The notes under the pieces: model-generated
What the model saw: the letters and a program-made list of their open reading frames with translations, nothing else
Databases searched by the model: none
What the model was told of the DNA's origin: nothing
Translations under genes and position numbers: made by a program
Shown: piece by piece, positions 26,841-41,659 of the stretch
Position numbering within the stretch: the stretch's first letter is position 1
How the letters are laid out: each line of letters opens with the position of its first letter
From: the human T2T-CHM13v2.0 reference genome, Homo sapiens
NCBI RefSeq assembly: GCF_009914755.1
Contig: NC_060931.1
Direction: 5' to 3' (one strand)
Length of the DNA: 64,000 nucleotides

Positions 26841-27569
26841 TAAGGAGGAGTGAGATTATGTTCTTTAAAGGGACATGGATGGAGCTGGAGGCCATTATCC
26901 TTAGCAAATTAATGCAGGAACAGAAAACCAAATACTACATGTTCTGACTTACAAGTGGGAACTAAATGATGAGAACACATTGTGGGGAATGACACACCCT
27001 TGGGACTGTTGGAGGGTGGGTGTCAGAGGAAGGAGAGGATCAGGAATAATAGCTAATGGATGCTGAGCTTAACACCTGGGTGATGTGATGATCTGTGTTG
27101 CAAACCACCATGGCACACGTTCGTCTATGTAACAAACCAGCACATTCTGTACATGTACCCCGAACTTAAAAGTTGGAAATTTTAAAAAAGAAATAAAATA
27201 AATTAATTTTGAAAAATACCATAGAAATATATATCAAAGAATTAGGCTAATGATACAGCAGCTAGAAATTCTAATTTTCAGGAATTGAATATTTTTTGTC
27301 ATTATAATATTTAAGTGTCTAATAATTGAAACTACCTGTTAATAGAAAGCAATATCATAAAAGAAAGTTATATTTCCATCACTGAAAAAAAACACACTTG
27401 GTAGAAAAAGGATAAATAACTTTGTAATGCTATGGAAGGAATTTCTGCATCAATGAGATACTCAATTGGTGACTTTTAATAAGATATCATTTTGAGTAGC
27501 AAATATTAATGGACTTTTGCAAAATACTTTATTGCTACTGAATACAAAAAGCTAGCAACCTTTCATCTA

Positions 27570-27830
27570 GCCATCCAAGATAAAAACTTGATAGCCTTCA
27601 TATCTCATTAATTCAGCCATTTTCTAAATACTATTAGTTTCACCATTAAAAAAAATGATAATCCTTCCTTTTCATCCATGGTTTTTATTGCTTTTGTTCA
27701 AATTCTCATCTCCTCTAATGATTCCATGGCCACCAGGATTTTCATTCTCCACACTGTGCCATAATCATTTTTGTAAATAATATAAAACAGAAATCAGCTC
27801 ATGCCTCCCTTGTACTTAAAAATATTCAAG
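27570..27830 (+). mobile_element. L2 fragment
   Basis: 'ttctccacactg..ccataatcattt...aaaacagaaatcagctcatgcctccct...cttaaaa'. Confidence 0.45.
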
Positions 27831-27855
27831 GAAAGAATAATTTTTGTTCTGATTT

Positions 27856-28298
27856 TGTATTAAGATGACTGGCTGCTATACCAATATACCATAAACCAGG
27901 TAGCATAAATAACAGAAATTCATTTCTTACAGTTCTGGAGGTTGGGAAGTCCAAGATCATGATGCTAGCAGATTTGGTGGCAGGTGAGGGGTTTCTGGTT
28001 CATAGATTTTCTAGCTGTGTCCTCCTGTGGTAAAAGATGTGACGGGTCTCTCTTGTCTCTTTTATAAGGACATGATTCCCCTTCATGAGAGTTCCACTCT
28101 CTCTCATTCTTGAGATTTGTATATACTCATGTACCGCATGGGCTTGGTCATGCGACTTTCTCTGGCTAGTGGAACATGAGCTTATTTGAAAGAAGCATGA
28201 CCTACTTACCTCTCAAAGTCCCGACTTCCTCATACCATCACCTCGAGTGTATTTTAATATATAAACTTCACGGGGGCATGAACTTTCAGACCATAGCA
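27856..28298 (-). mobile_element. MLT1A0-like solo LTR carrying a ~100-bp foreign insertion
   Basis: tgtatta...'cagttctggaggttgggaagtccaagatca'...'ataccatcac'...'ttcagaccatagca'. Confidence 0.85.
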
Positions 28299-28709
28299 AG
28301 TCCCACCCATGGACATGTTCAGTGGATTAAAAGGGAAAGCACGCATGAGATGACATATCCTGCCATGTGCTAGCTCTTCCTGGGTCAGTTTATCATGCAG
28401 ATAGGATGTGTAAGAGCATCAGAGACAACGTGGTGGTGGACTGCATTTGGTAAGGTGTAGAGAAGGAAGGAGACACATCAAATGTCTGCCAAAAATATAC
28501 ACCAATAAATGGGGCTTAATCAGTGTCCTGGAATGGGACTCCATCTGATTATTATACCTTCTCGTCATTTAAAGTAGAAACCAAGACAGCAGAGGTGGTT
28601 TGGGAGGGAAAAAAAAATATATCTTCAAAAGTTTTCTATTTGGCTGTACAATAAAATCCAACCTTATACTGGCAGCTACCTTAAAAGTTTTATTTTCTAT
28701 TATAGTGTA

Positions 28710-29135
28710 TTGATGCATTATGTTACTGATTGACAGGTATTTATTCTCCTCTCTCCTATTCTTGAGGTTTGTATACACTCAGGGCCTCCGTGGGTTTGGT
28801 CCTGTGACTTGCTCTGGCTAGTGGAATATGAGCATATTTGAAACAAGCAAAGGTTTTAAATGTGCCTGCATAGTTTGGCTTATTGTATTGCACTCATGCC
28901 ATTCTCTACAAGAACACGTCCCAGGTGGCCACTAATAAAAGGAGAATGGGAGAAATATAGAACAGATCTCATTCCAACCAACAGTTTGGAGATATGCCCA
29001 GATGCTTGAAAGCCTGTAGCAGTGCCACCAAGCACAACCAAGGCTAGATCAGCTGAACCTGTGGGCAAGAATTAATTTCCTGATTTGTATGCCACAGAGA
29101 TCCTGTAATTGTTTCTTAAGTAGTGAAAACTAATG
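28710..29135 (+). mobile_element. MLT1 (G/H-like) LTR
   Basis: 'tgtgacttgctctggc.agtggaat', 'aagaacacgtcccaggtggcc', 'ctagatcagctgaacc' and 'tgtatgccacagagat'. Confidence 0.7.
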
Positions 29136-29864
29136 TGTGTGTTAATATACTGCATTATACTTATTCTACGTGTTTACTTTTATGTGTCAATCATTAATTC
29201 ATCCAGTCATACTGCAAAGTAACATTTTTTTTCATTTTCCATCTTTGTGACACCATTACATAAAGCCAGTGGTAAGTACTTAGAATGAGGTGTGATATAG
29301 TAACAGAAGAAATCAAAAGCCAAAAGCCAAAGGACAGAGTGAATATTTAAAAAATTCAAAATATGAACAAGTATATGCATAGAGTATTACTATAAGGTCT
29401 CTTTGACAATCACAAAACCAACTTTTTGGCAGCATTAAACTTTGATAAGATTTTATTCTCTATTGCCACAAAAGTCATTGGTAAAGAGTAGCCAGGTGTA
29501 CATAAATTGCTAGAAATTTTTAACAAGTTTTATTAAGGATTAAAAAAATAATAATCCCTATTACACAGAAAGCCCTAATTAATTACTTAGCATCCTTTAT
29601 TTCTGATCTTTTCTTCAGTTATCAAGCTATCATTTGAATTATGGTGCAGTTCTTATTTCTCCCCTACAAAGATATAAAGTGAGTGTGCTAATGATTATTA
29701 AAGCACACTATATTTAGAAAGCTGTCATGTCCTGGTGAGAGAGAGAGAGCACTAGAAATTGAATAATACCTGTGAAATCTGAAAAGATGGTGTAAATATA
29801 ATTCACATCAATTATTACAGGCTTTGCAAGTGTACAAAAGTAAAGAAAAAGAAAATAAATAAAA

Positions 29865-29985
29865 CATAAACCCAGGGTTTTAATTCTGAGTAATAGAAAG
29901 ATTTCGATGTCATTACCATAAATTGGGCAGTCAGAAAGAGGGGAGCTAATTTGGAAAGAAAGATGATATTTTCAATATTCAGGTT
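29865..29985 (-). mobile_element. L2 fragment
   Basis: 'cccagggttt...ctgagtaatagaaagat..gatgtcatt...tttggaaagaaagatgat'. Confidence 0.45.
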
Positions 29986-30229
29986 AGTGGTTCCAAATAC
30001 ATTTGATTGTTCACTTTGTATTATTTATTAAGTAGAAATACTCAGTTTAATTATAACCACTATTTCCAATCTAACTGGCACCTGTATACAGAGAAGTTAT
30101 GGCATGAATTAGTTTAATTCCTTTCTCCACCCAAACTCCTAATTTGATATATTAGACATTAATAATAATTTGAAAGATGAAGAGACAAAAGAGGAGGAAA
30201 AGGAAGAAGAAAAAAGAATTGCCCCCTAG

Positions 30230-30440
30230 ATTAGTTGCCTATGTGCCAAGCATTACGTTACATATATTATGAATATTATTACAATTTAGAAATTATCATA
30301 TTTCCTTGTGTGCTTGTTCATTTTTCTATATTTTATTGATGAGTACACTGAGGGCAAAAAAGGTTGATGATTAGCCTTTTATGTAACAAAATTGGAAAAT
30401 ATTAGCTGTGAGATAAATCCCACATTGCCTCACCTGTGAT
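30230..30440 (-). mobile_element. MIR
   Basis: 'tatgtgccaagcatt' and 'ttttattgatgagtacactgagg..aaggtt'. Confidence 0.55.
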
Positions 30441-30452
30441 TCTTCTCTGTTA

Positions 30453-30887
<435 letters not shown>

Positions 30888-31439
30888 TCAATTCAGCTAT
30901 GTTATAAGAATGGGATTACCCTAAGGAAAAAAAAATCTTTTCAGTGGCATTTTAATGCAAATTGAATTTGATTTCAAATCATTACACATGGATTGTTTTA
31001 TACCACCACATATTTTAACTCATGATTTATGAGAAATTATGATCCGACATAAAGCAATTTTTGAGCATTTTGTAATATGGAAAAAAAAGTTGAGAAACTA
31101 ACACATATTACAAATTGCTATCTCATACCAAAAATATTTACAAGTGGATTTTTGATGTCCTCTCTAAATATTTTTTTCTCTCAAATATAAAATATACTGT
31201 GAATTCTGTGACCTTAGAGAGTTCTAGAAACTGCTAGCATTTGAAGAAAAAGTTAAAGATCTATTCCTGTCCTCTTCAATTATGGGTTTATCAAAAATGA
31301 ACATATTTCTTTCTGCTCTGAGAATCAAATACATTTTTCTCTTCTCCAGGTTTGTGTTCTCCTTACCCTACTCTCAAGGATCCCTGCTTTAATTAGCCAC
31401 AATTACTGATAGGATTCTGTGAATGTCACAAGCATGATG

Positions 31440-31590
31440 GCATGAAGAACTTCTGATAACTGTGTAACCCCATTTACAACTGAGATTAAATAATGTGTTC
31501 AATGTTACACAATTAATTATTGCCAGAGATAGGAAAGACCTCATCCTGATACTCTTACCTCCAACCTAATGTGATTTCTACCACACTGAT
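31440..31590 (-). mobile_element. MIR fragment
   Basis: 'ccccatttacaactgagattaaataatgtgttcaatgttacacaatta...tttctaccacactg'. Confidence 0.5.
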
Positions 31591-34109
31591 GGTATTTATG
31601 CCATGGGAGAATAGTGGATATAACTACCAACCTGTTAGAGAGTGATCAACATTCCTCCTATTCTTCCCCAGTTGCTGATAGCTGGGCAGAGTAATTTCCT
31701 TTTTATTCTTTTCCTCCAGCTACTAGGATTTCAAAGAAGAAAATAGGAGTATCCTTAAGTAAATTTAAAGTACCCAGAGAGAAAGGAACTTTTTAACTTG
31801 GTTTCTAAATATTGTGTCTCCCCCCAACCCCCGCCCCACATAATTCTTATGTCCCTATAAGTAGAAGCAGAGAGTTTTAAATGTGCAAATATATCAAATG
31901 ATTCTACAGGGCACAATGGTGGAAATGTGTCAATTTTCAGATGAAGATGGCAATCTGAGAAGAATAAGACAAATTACCACAACATGTATTTTAGAGTCTA
32001 TAAAGATATACTTTAAATTCAAGTTGTAGGAACAAGAGATAATAAATAAAACAAATAACTTGTGGGTGATGGGCAACCAGGCCTGATGTTACCCATTAGA
32101 TATTCAGTAAAAAGTGTGTTAATCCTAAAAGGAGTGGTGATTAGAATGGCAAATTCTAGTGGTAATATACAAGAGAGGATGCTTTAGCTGACATATTTGT
32201 CAACTGCCTGTCTCCTAAGCAAGAGACTCCTTGTTGTAAAATGGACATATCAGGCTGTCACAAATTGAAGCCTTCACATTTGCTTCTGCCAGCTCTCCTT
32301 TTTGTAAGTCAAGGACCACCAATCACCCTTTAGTTTATGCTTTGGTTTCCTGTATAGATCTACTGTCAGGAAGAGAATGCAAAAATCAGTGACGAAATAT
32401 CTCATTTCAAATGAGTAAATGAGCATTCTGACTTGTGTAAGGAAGTCTGATTATCTTGGTTAGTGGGATTGGTCTCTGAGAGATTCACGCACTCTGTGTT
32501 TTAAAACAATTAGACTGCAGACTCCTCAACATTGATCAGTAGGTCTTGTATCATAAGAAATTCACTAAGGCAATAAAGGGCCCCTGTGAGGCCTCTTGAG
32601 AGACAATCTGTAGGCTTCAGTCCCTGAAGAGACACATTGATATTGTTCAGTGACTGAAAGAAAAACAATTATGTATGTTTTCACCTTCTATGTTTATTCA
32701 TTCAATAAATAATTTTTCTGTGCCCACTATGTGCCAAATACATAATTTTGATTTATTTTTAATCCTGTTTAGATGCATCATATTCTGGCATTCTTTTTAT
32801 TCTGCTTGCATCCTTTCAAACTTTGCATGGTCTGTGTTCTTTCATTGATATAGCAATTGGTTTGATCTGACCCACTGATGATGCCCATACATTTGGGTAG
32901 TTATTTGCTTAAAAAGGAATACATTCTGCTTGTATTTTATAATGATAGGATCAATATGCTTTCATTTTCTTAAATGTTCATACTTATATTTGTGATTAGA
33001 CTTACTCTTCAATACATTGTTTTACTGCCAGACTAGTGACCTGTAGTGCTAATATTTTTACTGCACTGAAATAAAGAGACAGCATTCATTAAAAAAATTT
33101 AATTTTTGAAACAAAGGAAATATTAAAAATGATTGATTTTCATGATAAAATTTGGAAACTCAAAATAATAACAATGTAATAAAAATCAAAATTATGCTAT
33201 GCAATTTTGTATTGTGATGGTCATTACATTATCTCTAAATATATCACTTGGCCTTTTACTTTGAAATAAACAATATGGTTAGATATGGAGAAGATGAATC
33301 TGACTAGATGGTGTCTACCAGCAAAGACATCCTTTATTGTTTCTGAAATCAGTATTAGAGACTTATAAGATAAGATTGAATAGTAAACTAGTTCTTCACA
33401 CTCAGCATTCTTCAAAACATTGTACAAATTGTATACCAGAGAGTGAATGGTCTCAGAGAGAAGAGCTCTTTCCTAATAGCACCCAGCTGTGTGATAAGAA
33501 GTACTTCAATTGAAACTAAGTTAAACATTAAACATGTAATTATTTCTGCTTTGGATTCTTCAATGATATTAATTTTATAAAGATGTTCTTTTATATTTTC
33601 TATAGAAACTTTTAGAGGGAAATACTTCAAAACCAAGACATGTATTAATCCTTAATCATAGATGATTTTGTAATTGAAACATTGGTAATCACTCAGAAAC
33701 CATTGTCTGCAATAATTTGTAGCCCAACTATTTATTTCAAACTTGATAAACCACATAAATAGTGGCAAATGTAAGCCTAATCTTTATTTATTGTACAAAA
33801 ATAAGATCCTTGATATCTTTGACCCAAATAAAATATATGTAGCTTTCTATAACACTTATTTTTTATTTTTATAATCAATTACTATAATTACATTGTAATG
33901 AGTTTAGAACTTAGCTAATTAATCATCAAACCAATTAGTTCATTACTCATTACTCAAACGAATTGTATGTGCCTACTGACAGTAATATCTGAGCTCAGTA
34001 GGCACATGATGGCATGATGGCGATTCAAACATCCACCCAGCCTTACCACCAGTTTTCTGCCCTGCTTATTTCACAGACAGTGCAAAATGGCGATTCGAAG
34101 TTTTGGCTT

Positions 34110-34340
34110 CGAAGTGTTAGAAGTTCAGAATACTTGCATTTGTGTTCTGGTGTCATCCACTGACTACTTTTTCTGACCATCCGCAATGTTTTTGTCCTCT
34201 TCAGCCTCAGTTTTCTTTTCTGTAAAATGAAGACAGTGATAGTACTGAAACTCACATTATAGCTGTGAGGATGTAATAAGAAGCCTGGGCAATGTAATAA
34301 TAGATAAAACATAAAAAATAGATAAATAATGGTACACATT
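34110..34340 (+). mobile_element. MIR
   Basis: 'gcctcagttttcttttctgtaaaatgaagacagtgatagtac...tgtgaggat...gcctgggca'. Confidence 0.7.
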
Positions 34341-34565
34341 AGATGTTTTAATAAATGCAGACTTTTCACCTATTGTTTACAGTTGTCTTCTGAAAAAAGT
34401 TAGATGTTCTATAGACTAAACAAAATAGATAACATCAACACATTGGAATAAAAAATGGAATATAGAAAATAAGAAAATTCCATAATACACCCGAGAAAAA
34501 ATGGTTACCGTAACTGGGCAATTAATTTGTCTTTAAGTTTCTTGGTTGTTAAAGCAATGCTCTGA

Positions 34566-34967
<402 letters not shown>

Positions 34968-35994
34968 TGAGTTAGCAATATTCTGTAACATGGCCTAATT
35001 GCTAAGATAAAATAACAGTAACAACTTGATGTCTGTTGGTATTACAGACAGCAATCAAGCTCATGCATCCTTTAGATGTGTCCTGAACGTGATGACATTT
35101 TAGTAGTCTTTTCTATACGAGGTATTGGGTCATCAATGTGTTTACTTTTTAATTTTTCATGGTGAAAAATAGAAAATCGTTTTTACTGAGTAGTTTATAT
35201 ATGTGGTAGTTGAACTTATAAATATAGTAACTACAGTTTGTATTCCAGAGGCTAAATAAATGTTGATACTAATTCTTTGAGTTTTTAATGAGTGGACTCA
35301 TTTCAGTGATGGTAGAGTTGAGGACAATAGGTTTGAAGTTTATCGCTTGAATTCTGGTATCACATTCAATATCTTCTAATTCCACATTAATTTTATATCA
35401 AATTTACTTTTTGTTTTTAAAATGAATTCAGTTTAGAATATTGCTTGAATATTTTGACACTTTTTAAGACAACAATTTACTCAGCACCATTCATTGCCAT
35501 TTCTCCCCTGATGGTGAATTGAATTTACATAGGCCCAATTCCATTTGACCACTCTCTCTAAATTTAGTGTAATTTTTAGAAGGCCGAGTAGATGTTTTGA
35601 ACTTCTCCCTGTTCTCATGGAACTTTTCTTCACCTCACTTTTTAGCCTGAGGTTATTTCAGTAGTATTTAGTTTTCTGCATATGACTGTTTCAAATAACT
35701 AATAAGTCTTTTAAAAATAGTACTTTTTTGGCAAGTTAATATTTGGTTGACATTTTTTAAATCTTCTGTTTCATTTAAAAAGACACAAGTGGCTATCCTG
35801 TTGGTTGATCTCATATCTCCAGATATTAAATCATTATGGACCTGGCCTTATAATCCACAAAATACATCCTATGAATGAGTAGGAGATTAAGTGAAAACCA
35901 TTTAAAATAGATATTGCATTTTTGGGGTCAATTTCTTCTGTGAGGATTTCCTAAGATGTTGTTTAAAATGTATACTCTTCCTAGCATCTCTTTT

Positions 35995-36505
35995 GAAATC
36001 CAAAGTGCTTTCCATGGCCTGTAATACTCCATGTAATCTTATGTTTGACTATCACTCTTAACTTCAGTTTCTCTTTTTCTCTTTCTTTCTATGTGCTTCA
36101 ATTACACTGACCTCCTTGCTACTCCTCAGACACACTTCCCGCACAGGGAAGCGTGATTTATCTTCTGGAGGCTTCTCAAATAGTAGCACAGTTTGCTTTA
36201 GCATGTCTTCTAGACATCTGCTCAAATGCCACCCTCTCAGAAAGGCCTTCCTTGACTACCTTATTAAAACTGCACTTCTTCTGATTCTACTTTCCCCTAC
36301 TTTTATATTTTTCTTTATGTCATGTATCACTTGAAATTTCATTATTTATGTACTCATATATCTGTTTATTATTTATCTTGTCCAATAAAATATAACTACC
36401 AAGTGGTGTGGACCTGATCTATTTGTAATCTAATGTATTGTCAGGGATTATAAGAGAGTGCTTGGTGGACATCAGATATATATATTAAATTGACAAATGA
36501 ATTAT
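35995..36505 (+). mobile_element. L2a 3' portion
   Basis: 'aaatccaaagt..ccatggcct', 'tctgctcaaatgccaccctctcagaaaggccttccttgact' and terminal 'aaatgaat'. Confidence 0.75.
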
Positions 36506-39190
36506 TGTATTTATATATTCTCCTATGTCTTATCAAGTGTAGAAAAAATTTTGGTGTATTTTAAACCCAGTAAATATCTAGACTATGTGATATATCTCAT
36601 ACTTAAAATGTTACTATTTTTAAAATGAGTACCTCTTTTCAAAAGTTAATGCCATTATAACTAGGTATTTAATAACAGTAATGTTGTTATTCGAAAGGTG
36701 GAAGTTGGCATAATACCTTTATTATTATCAAAGTGTAGGTCTGAAAGGAAACGAAAAACCTCATAGCTTTAGGAAAGGTTTAGACACTCTCAGAATTCAG
36801 ATGGCCCTTTCCTAAATGAGCTTCCTCTTCTCTTTATTATGTACATGGAATAAATATGTAAAGGTCCATTCTCATCCTCAAAAATGGTTTACTCTCAAAT
36901 TTAATCATATATCAACTTTTGTCTGCAAAAGGCACTTGTGTTCTCATTCTTTAGCCTCGTTATGTTTTTCTTTTCTTTTCAGGATTGTGTTTTACTCTTA
37001 TAGCCAATTTCAAAATAGTTGTGAATCTTACACAAATTTTATTTAAATCCCTTGTGCTCCAGCAAGATTAAGCAATGCCTTTCTTGACCATGTATCTGAA
37101 TATGTATGACATGTGAGTTAATAAAAAGCTGATGAGTAATTTTTTAGTCTAAAATCTGTTTTGCATGATGGATGCCTGTAAAGCTGCCTATGAATCAGAT
37201 GGCAGCATAATCTTAATATTGGCAAAAGTGAAAAGCAAAGTTATGGTTTTATGCTAATACTATATATTTGATGGCTGCTCAAGGAAATAACTATAGTAAG
37301 ATTAATCTGAAGAGAGCAGAAGCTAGACCTTTTCAATAAATCATTTTGAATACAAAAATTCTTCCTTTTTATTGGTTAAAAAAGCAGAATCCTTCAAAAC
37401 TAAGAAAAGAAAAATTTTTATTTTGAAGTTTTTTCTGAAACAAAATAATGAGTAGTAGCATAGAAAAGTAGGAATTTGCCTTCTTTAGAAAGTTTTAAAT
37501 GTATTCTTCGTAGGAAACAGTATGATATAAAATGTTTAATTTTGGTGTATTTATAAATCTAAATGGTTTGATTTAACATGTAATCATTTCTTAAATAAGA
37601 GGTAACAGAACACATATTTTAATTTGGGCCTAATATTGATACCACAAAGCAGAAAATATGGCATGTTAATTATTTATTTTTATGCATCCAATTATACAAG
37701 CTCTTTTCTGAAAGTGATAGAGTACTGAACAAAAACTTCCTAACTAAAAGAATAAATGCTAAATAGTCTTACACAAAGAGAGACGATACCATAATACCTA
37801 GAAATGATCTATAGAGGAAATACAAGAGTCTTGTAGATTTCTATTGGGTATTTCTTAATTGGATATTGGACACATCAAAAATTGTAATGCTGGTGCTTTT
37901 ATGTTGTGTGATATTGGGCAGTAAGATTAAGAGGTTCAATATTTAACTTGATTATTTTTAGTCTAAAAGTTTTAGAAATCCTTTCATTAAGTTTCTAGCT
38001 AGCTTTAGTCCTCTGGGAAAAAGAGTGAAAAAAAAATATAGTAAATTTGTTATTTAGACCACATATCTTCATCTTCTATACTTCTTCTCCCTTTGGGCCC
38101 TTCTTCCTAGGCACCCCACCCCCTCATTGCAGATCATACAAATCATTTCAGAACTCCCACAGAGTTCCATTTTCTGCTGGATAACTAATAGACTAATATT
38201 TGTTAAGGTGCTAATAATAATGCATGACCTGGTCATACATATTTTAAAATATTTTGTTATATGATACTTTGACACAGAGAAATTCAAACAGAATCACTGG
38301 AGTTACAGTAAGAGATACTGAGTACATAGATGTAGATAGTATTAGCAGATTAATAATTTAAACTTTTTGTAGAAAACCACTGTGATAAGCATGCCATTTA
38401 CAAAATGTTCACAATAATTGAGTGGCAATGAGATAAGAACATGCCTTATATTTTCAAGTGCTTATTTCTGTGAACTTATGTTCCATATGTTCCTTAGCAC
38501 CTACATCCATAGAAATAAGAAAACAGTATATAAACTTTAGACATAGAAATGTCACAGGCAATGAGACCTCATATTTACTCCTCATGTATACACTAAGGGT
38601 ACAAGCAAACAAATGGTAGCTGGTTCACATTCAAGCAGGGAGGTACTATTTTTGTTTATTTTTTAAAAGAATGCTAACTACTCCTGTTGGAGGCCAGCTT
38701 TCAATTCTCAAAGGATTTTAAAGTCAGCTAATATTATCCCAGGTTTAATCTCTTGGAAATAGTACAATTTTCTTGGTACAAAATGTGTTTAAATATGTCA
38801 AATATGTTTGAGACTTTCACTTAGACATACAATTAATTTTTATCAAAATGTCTACTTTAAATATGTTACATCGATTTTTTAAATTTTGGGAAATTAATAT
38901 AAAAGATACAAAACCTTCAAATCACCTCCCAACTCCTTAACCAGATATAAACATTGCTAGCATTCAGACTTGTATTTCTGTTGTCACTTATAAAATATTA
39001 ACAATTTTTCTTTTAAAAATTTAGAATCATGGGCATTTATTCAGGTTTTAAAATTAAAATTAAGCTATTAATATGTTCAAGTACTATTAAAAATACTTTA
39101 AGTTTGTAACTTTAGTGTCTGAAAAATATGTTAAAGAAATAAACCAAAATATATTTCAATATTTTGTGACTAATAATGCTATTTTGATTA

Positions 39191-39530
<340 letters not shown>

Positions 39531-41139
39531 TCTGTTGCCTAAATCTCCAATTCTTTTTTCTAGAATTTATTTGAACTAGTATCTCTGAATCAAAAAGTTT
39601 GTATAGATGGGAACAAAAATGTCCATCTCACCACATTCTTGATATCATTTAGTATGATATTTAAAATGTTTTCCACTTTGCTAGGTGAGATATTTTAATT
39701 AGCCTTTATCTGCTTATTTAGAGGTTAAAGGTTTTTATTTTTCTTTTGGGTCATATAAATTTTTTTCTTCTATAAATTATTGAGGAACATATCTGATATT
39801 AGACAGGTTCTCCATTTTATTCTGTAATAACCCCAATAATCAAAACTATAAAACTATCTCTTTATGATCATCTTAGTGAACAAAATTCCAGTTCAGTCAT
39901 TTCAGGGTTTACACAGAGAAACTGCTCTTTCTAAATGACCTTGTTTCAATGAGACTTTATTTCCATTATATTGGAGAGGACTAATAATTCCTGTGTGGGT
40001 ACATCAAGATTTAAGGGGCCAGTGTAACAGACATGAATTTTCATTTGCCCTGAAAAATAGTAGAAGGCTCTCTCAGTCTTTTGCCAAATGCTTTTCATGT
40101 ACCTCTAATTGTTGCGTTTCAAAAAAAGTATATGCCATTTATATAGAACCAGGAGGAAATACAGTTTTTATTTTAAAACACTGAAAAAACAAAAAGCTCA
40201 TCATTTCCCTTAGTACAAAGAACTTTATTGGTCCAGGAAACTCATTATCTATAACAACACGTGAAAAATTTCAAGATACATTTGCAGTGGAAGCCAAAAA
40301 TCTCCACACCTAAGAGCTGCTGATGTAGTAGTAGTTGTTGCTGGATTATTTTTAGTTCTGCTAGCTGAGATCAAGCATTTCCACATTATTTGCATCTGCA
40401 TCCCCTCTTTGTAATAATTAGCAATTCTGTTTCACAGTCAGCAGGACAGCCAATTTAATGGCATCAACGCTAATTTACAACAAAAGTTAGGTTATTATTC
40501 AGAGTGAAGCATTACTGTAAACTCCACTTAGCATAAAGGGTCTTTTAAAAGTCACTTCAGCAAAATTTTAACTAAACTATTTGATGTTTGATATTCTTTT
40601 TTTTTTTGACTGAAATGTTGATGTCATCATTGAGGGATTTATACAATTTATGAAACCACTTCATAGCTACATTACGTTTTGTTTATCTGAAAAAGAGAAA
40701 CAATTTTAAACCAGTGTTTCAGGGCAAGAACATTAAATACTAATAAGAAAAAATATTTTGGTATTGAGATTTTTCTAAGCCACTGTGGTAAACAAAGATA
40801 CTAGGTAAAGTTAAATTATCATTAGAAAGCTCTGTACACCAGCCAGACTGTCTAATTTCAGAGAAAGCTTCCTAGGGGAATAAGACTATTATTCACCGAT
40901 AAGAGCTAAGCCTTGAACACTTAACAGTAAAAATAAGTGACTTGGAAAAAGTGATTAAAAATATTCAAGGAAAAAAGTTTGAAAAGCTTTGACAGCTATA
41001 AACTCCCTTCTTCTGCAAACACGCACACAAATTTTCAGATGAGTTATCAAGTATGGAAGTATCTCGGACTCTGTAGACCCAACTGCAGAATCAAACTCAA
41101 ACTAAGCCTGTGCACCTATTCAATTAATATTAACATGAA

Positions 41140-41260
41140 TTTATGGAACTCATAGGGAAGATTGATGTGAGGAGTAAATGAATCAGGACGTGTAAGATGT
41201 TTATAACAGTGCCTGATTACTGTGAGCATTCAGATATATCAGCATTAATAATACATGTTG
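41140..41260 (+). mobile_element. MIR fragment
   Basis: 'actcataggg..gatgtgagga.taaatga...tgtaaga.gttta.aacagtgcctg'. Confidence 0.55.
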
Positions 41261-41296
41261 TCGTCATAAAGAAATATTATAGGATTGCTAAAATGA

Positions 41297-41659
<363 letters not shown>

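Larger units (their letters stand above)
20347..27205 (+). mobile_element. Near full-length L1PA11-13-like LINE-1 (inactive)
   Basis: G-rich start with CAAGATGGC, ~1.5-kb 5'UTR, ORF1 and ORF2 remnants, 3'UTR 'aggatcaggaataatagctaatggatgctg...aacttaaaagttggaaa', and A-rich tail. No clear TSD. Confidence 0.93.

Noticed and set aside
20330-27240. Target-site duplication for the large L1
   Set aside because: No matching flanking direct repeat could be identified by eye.
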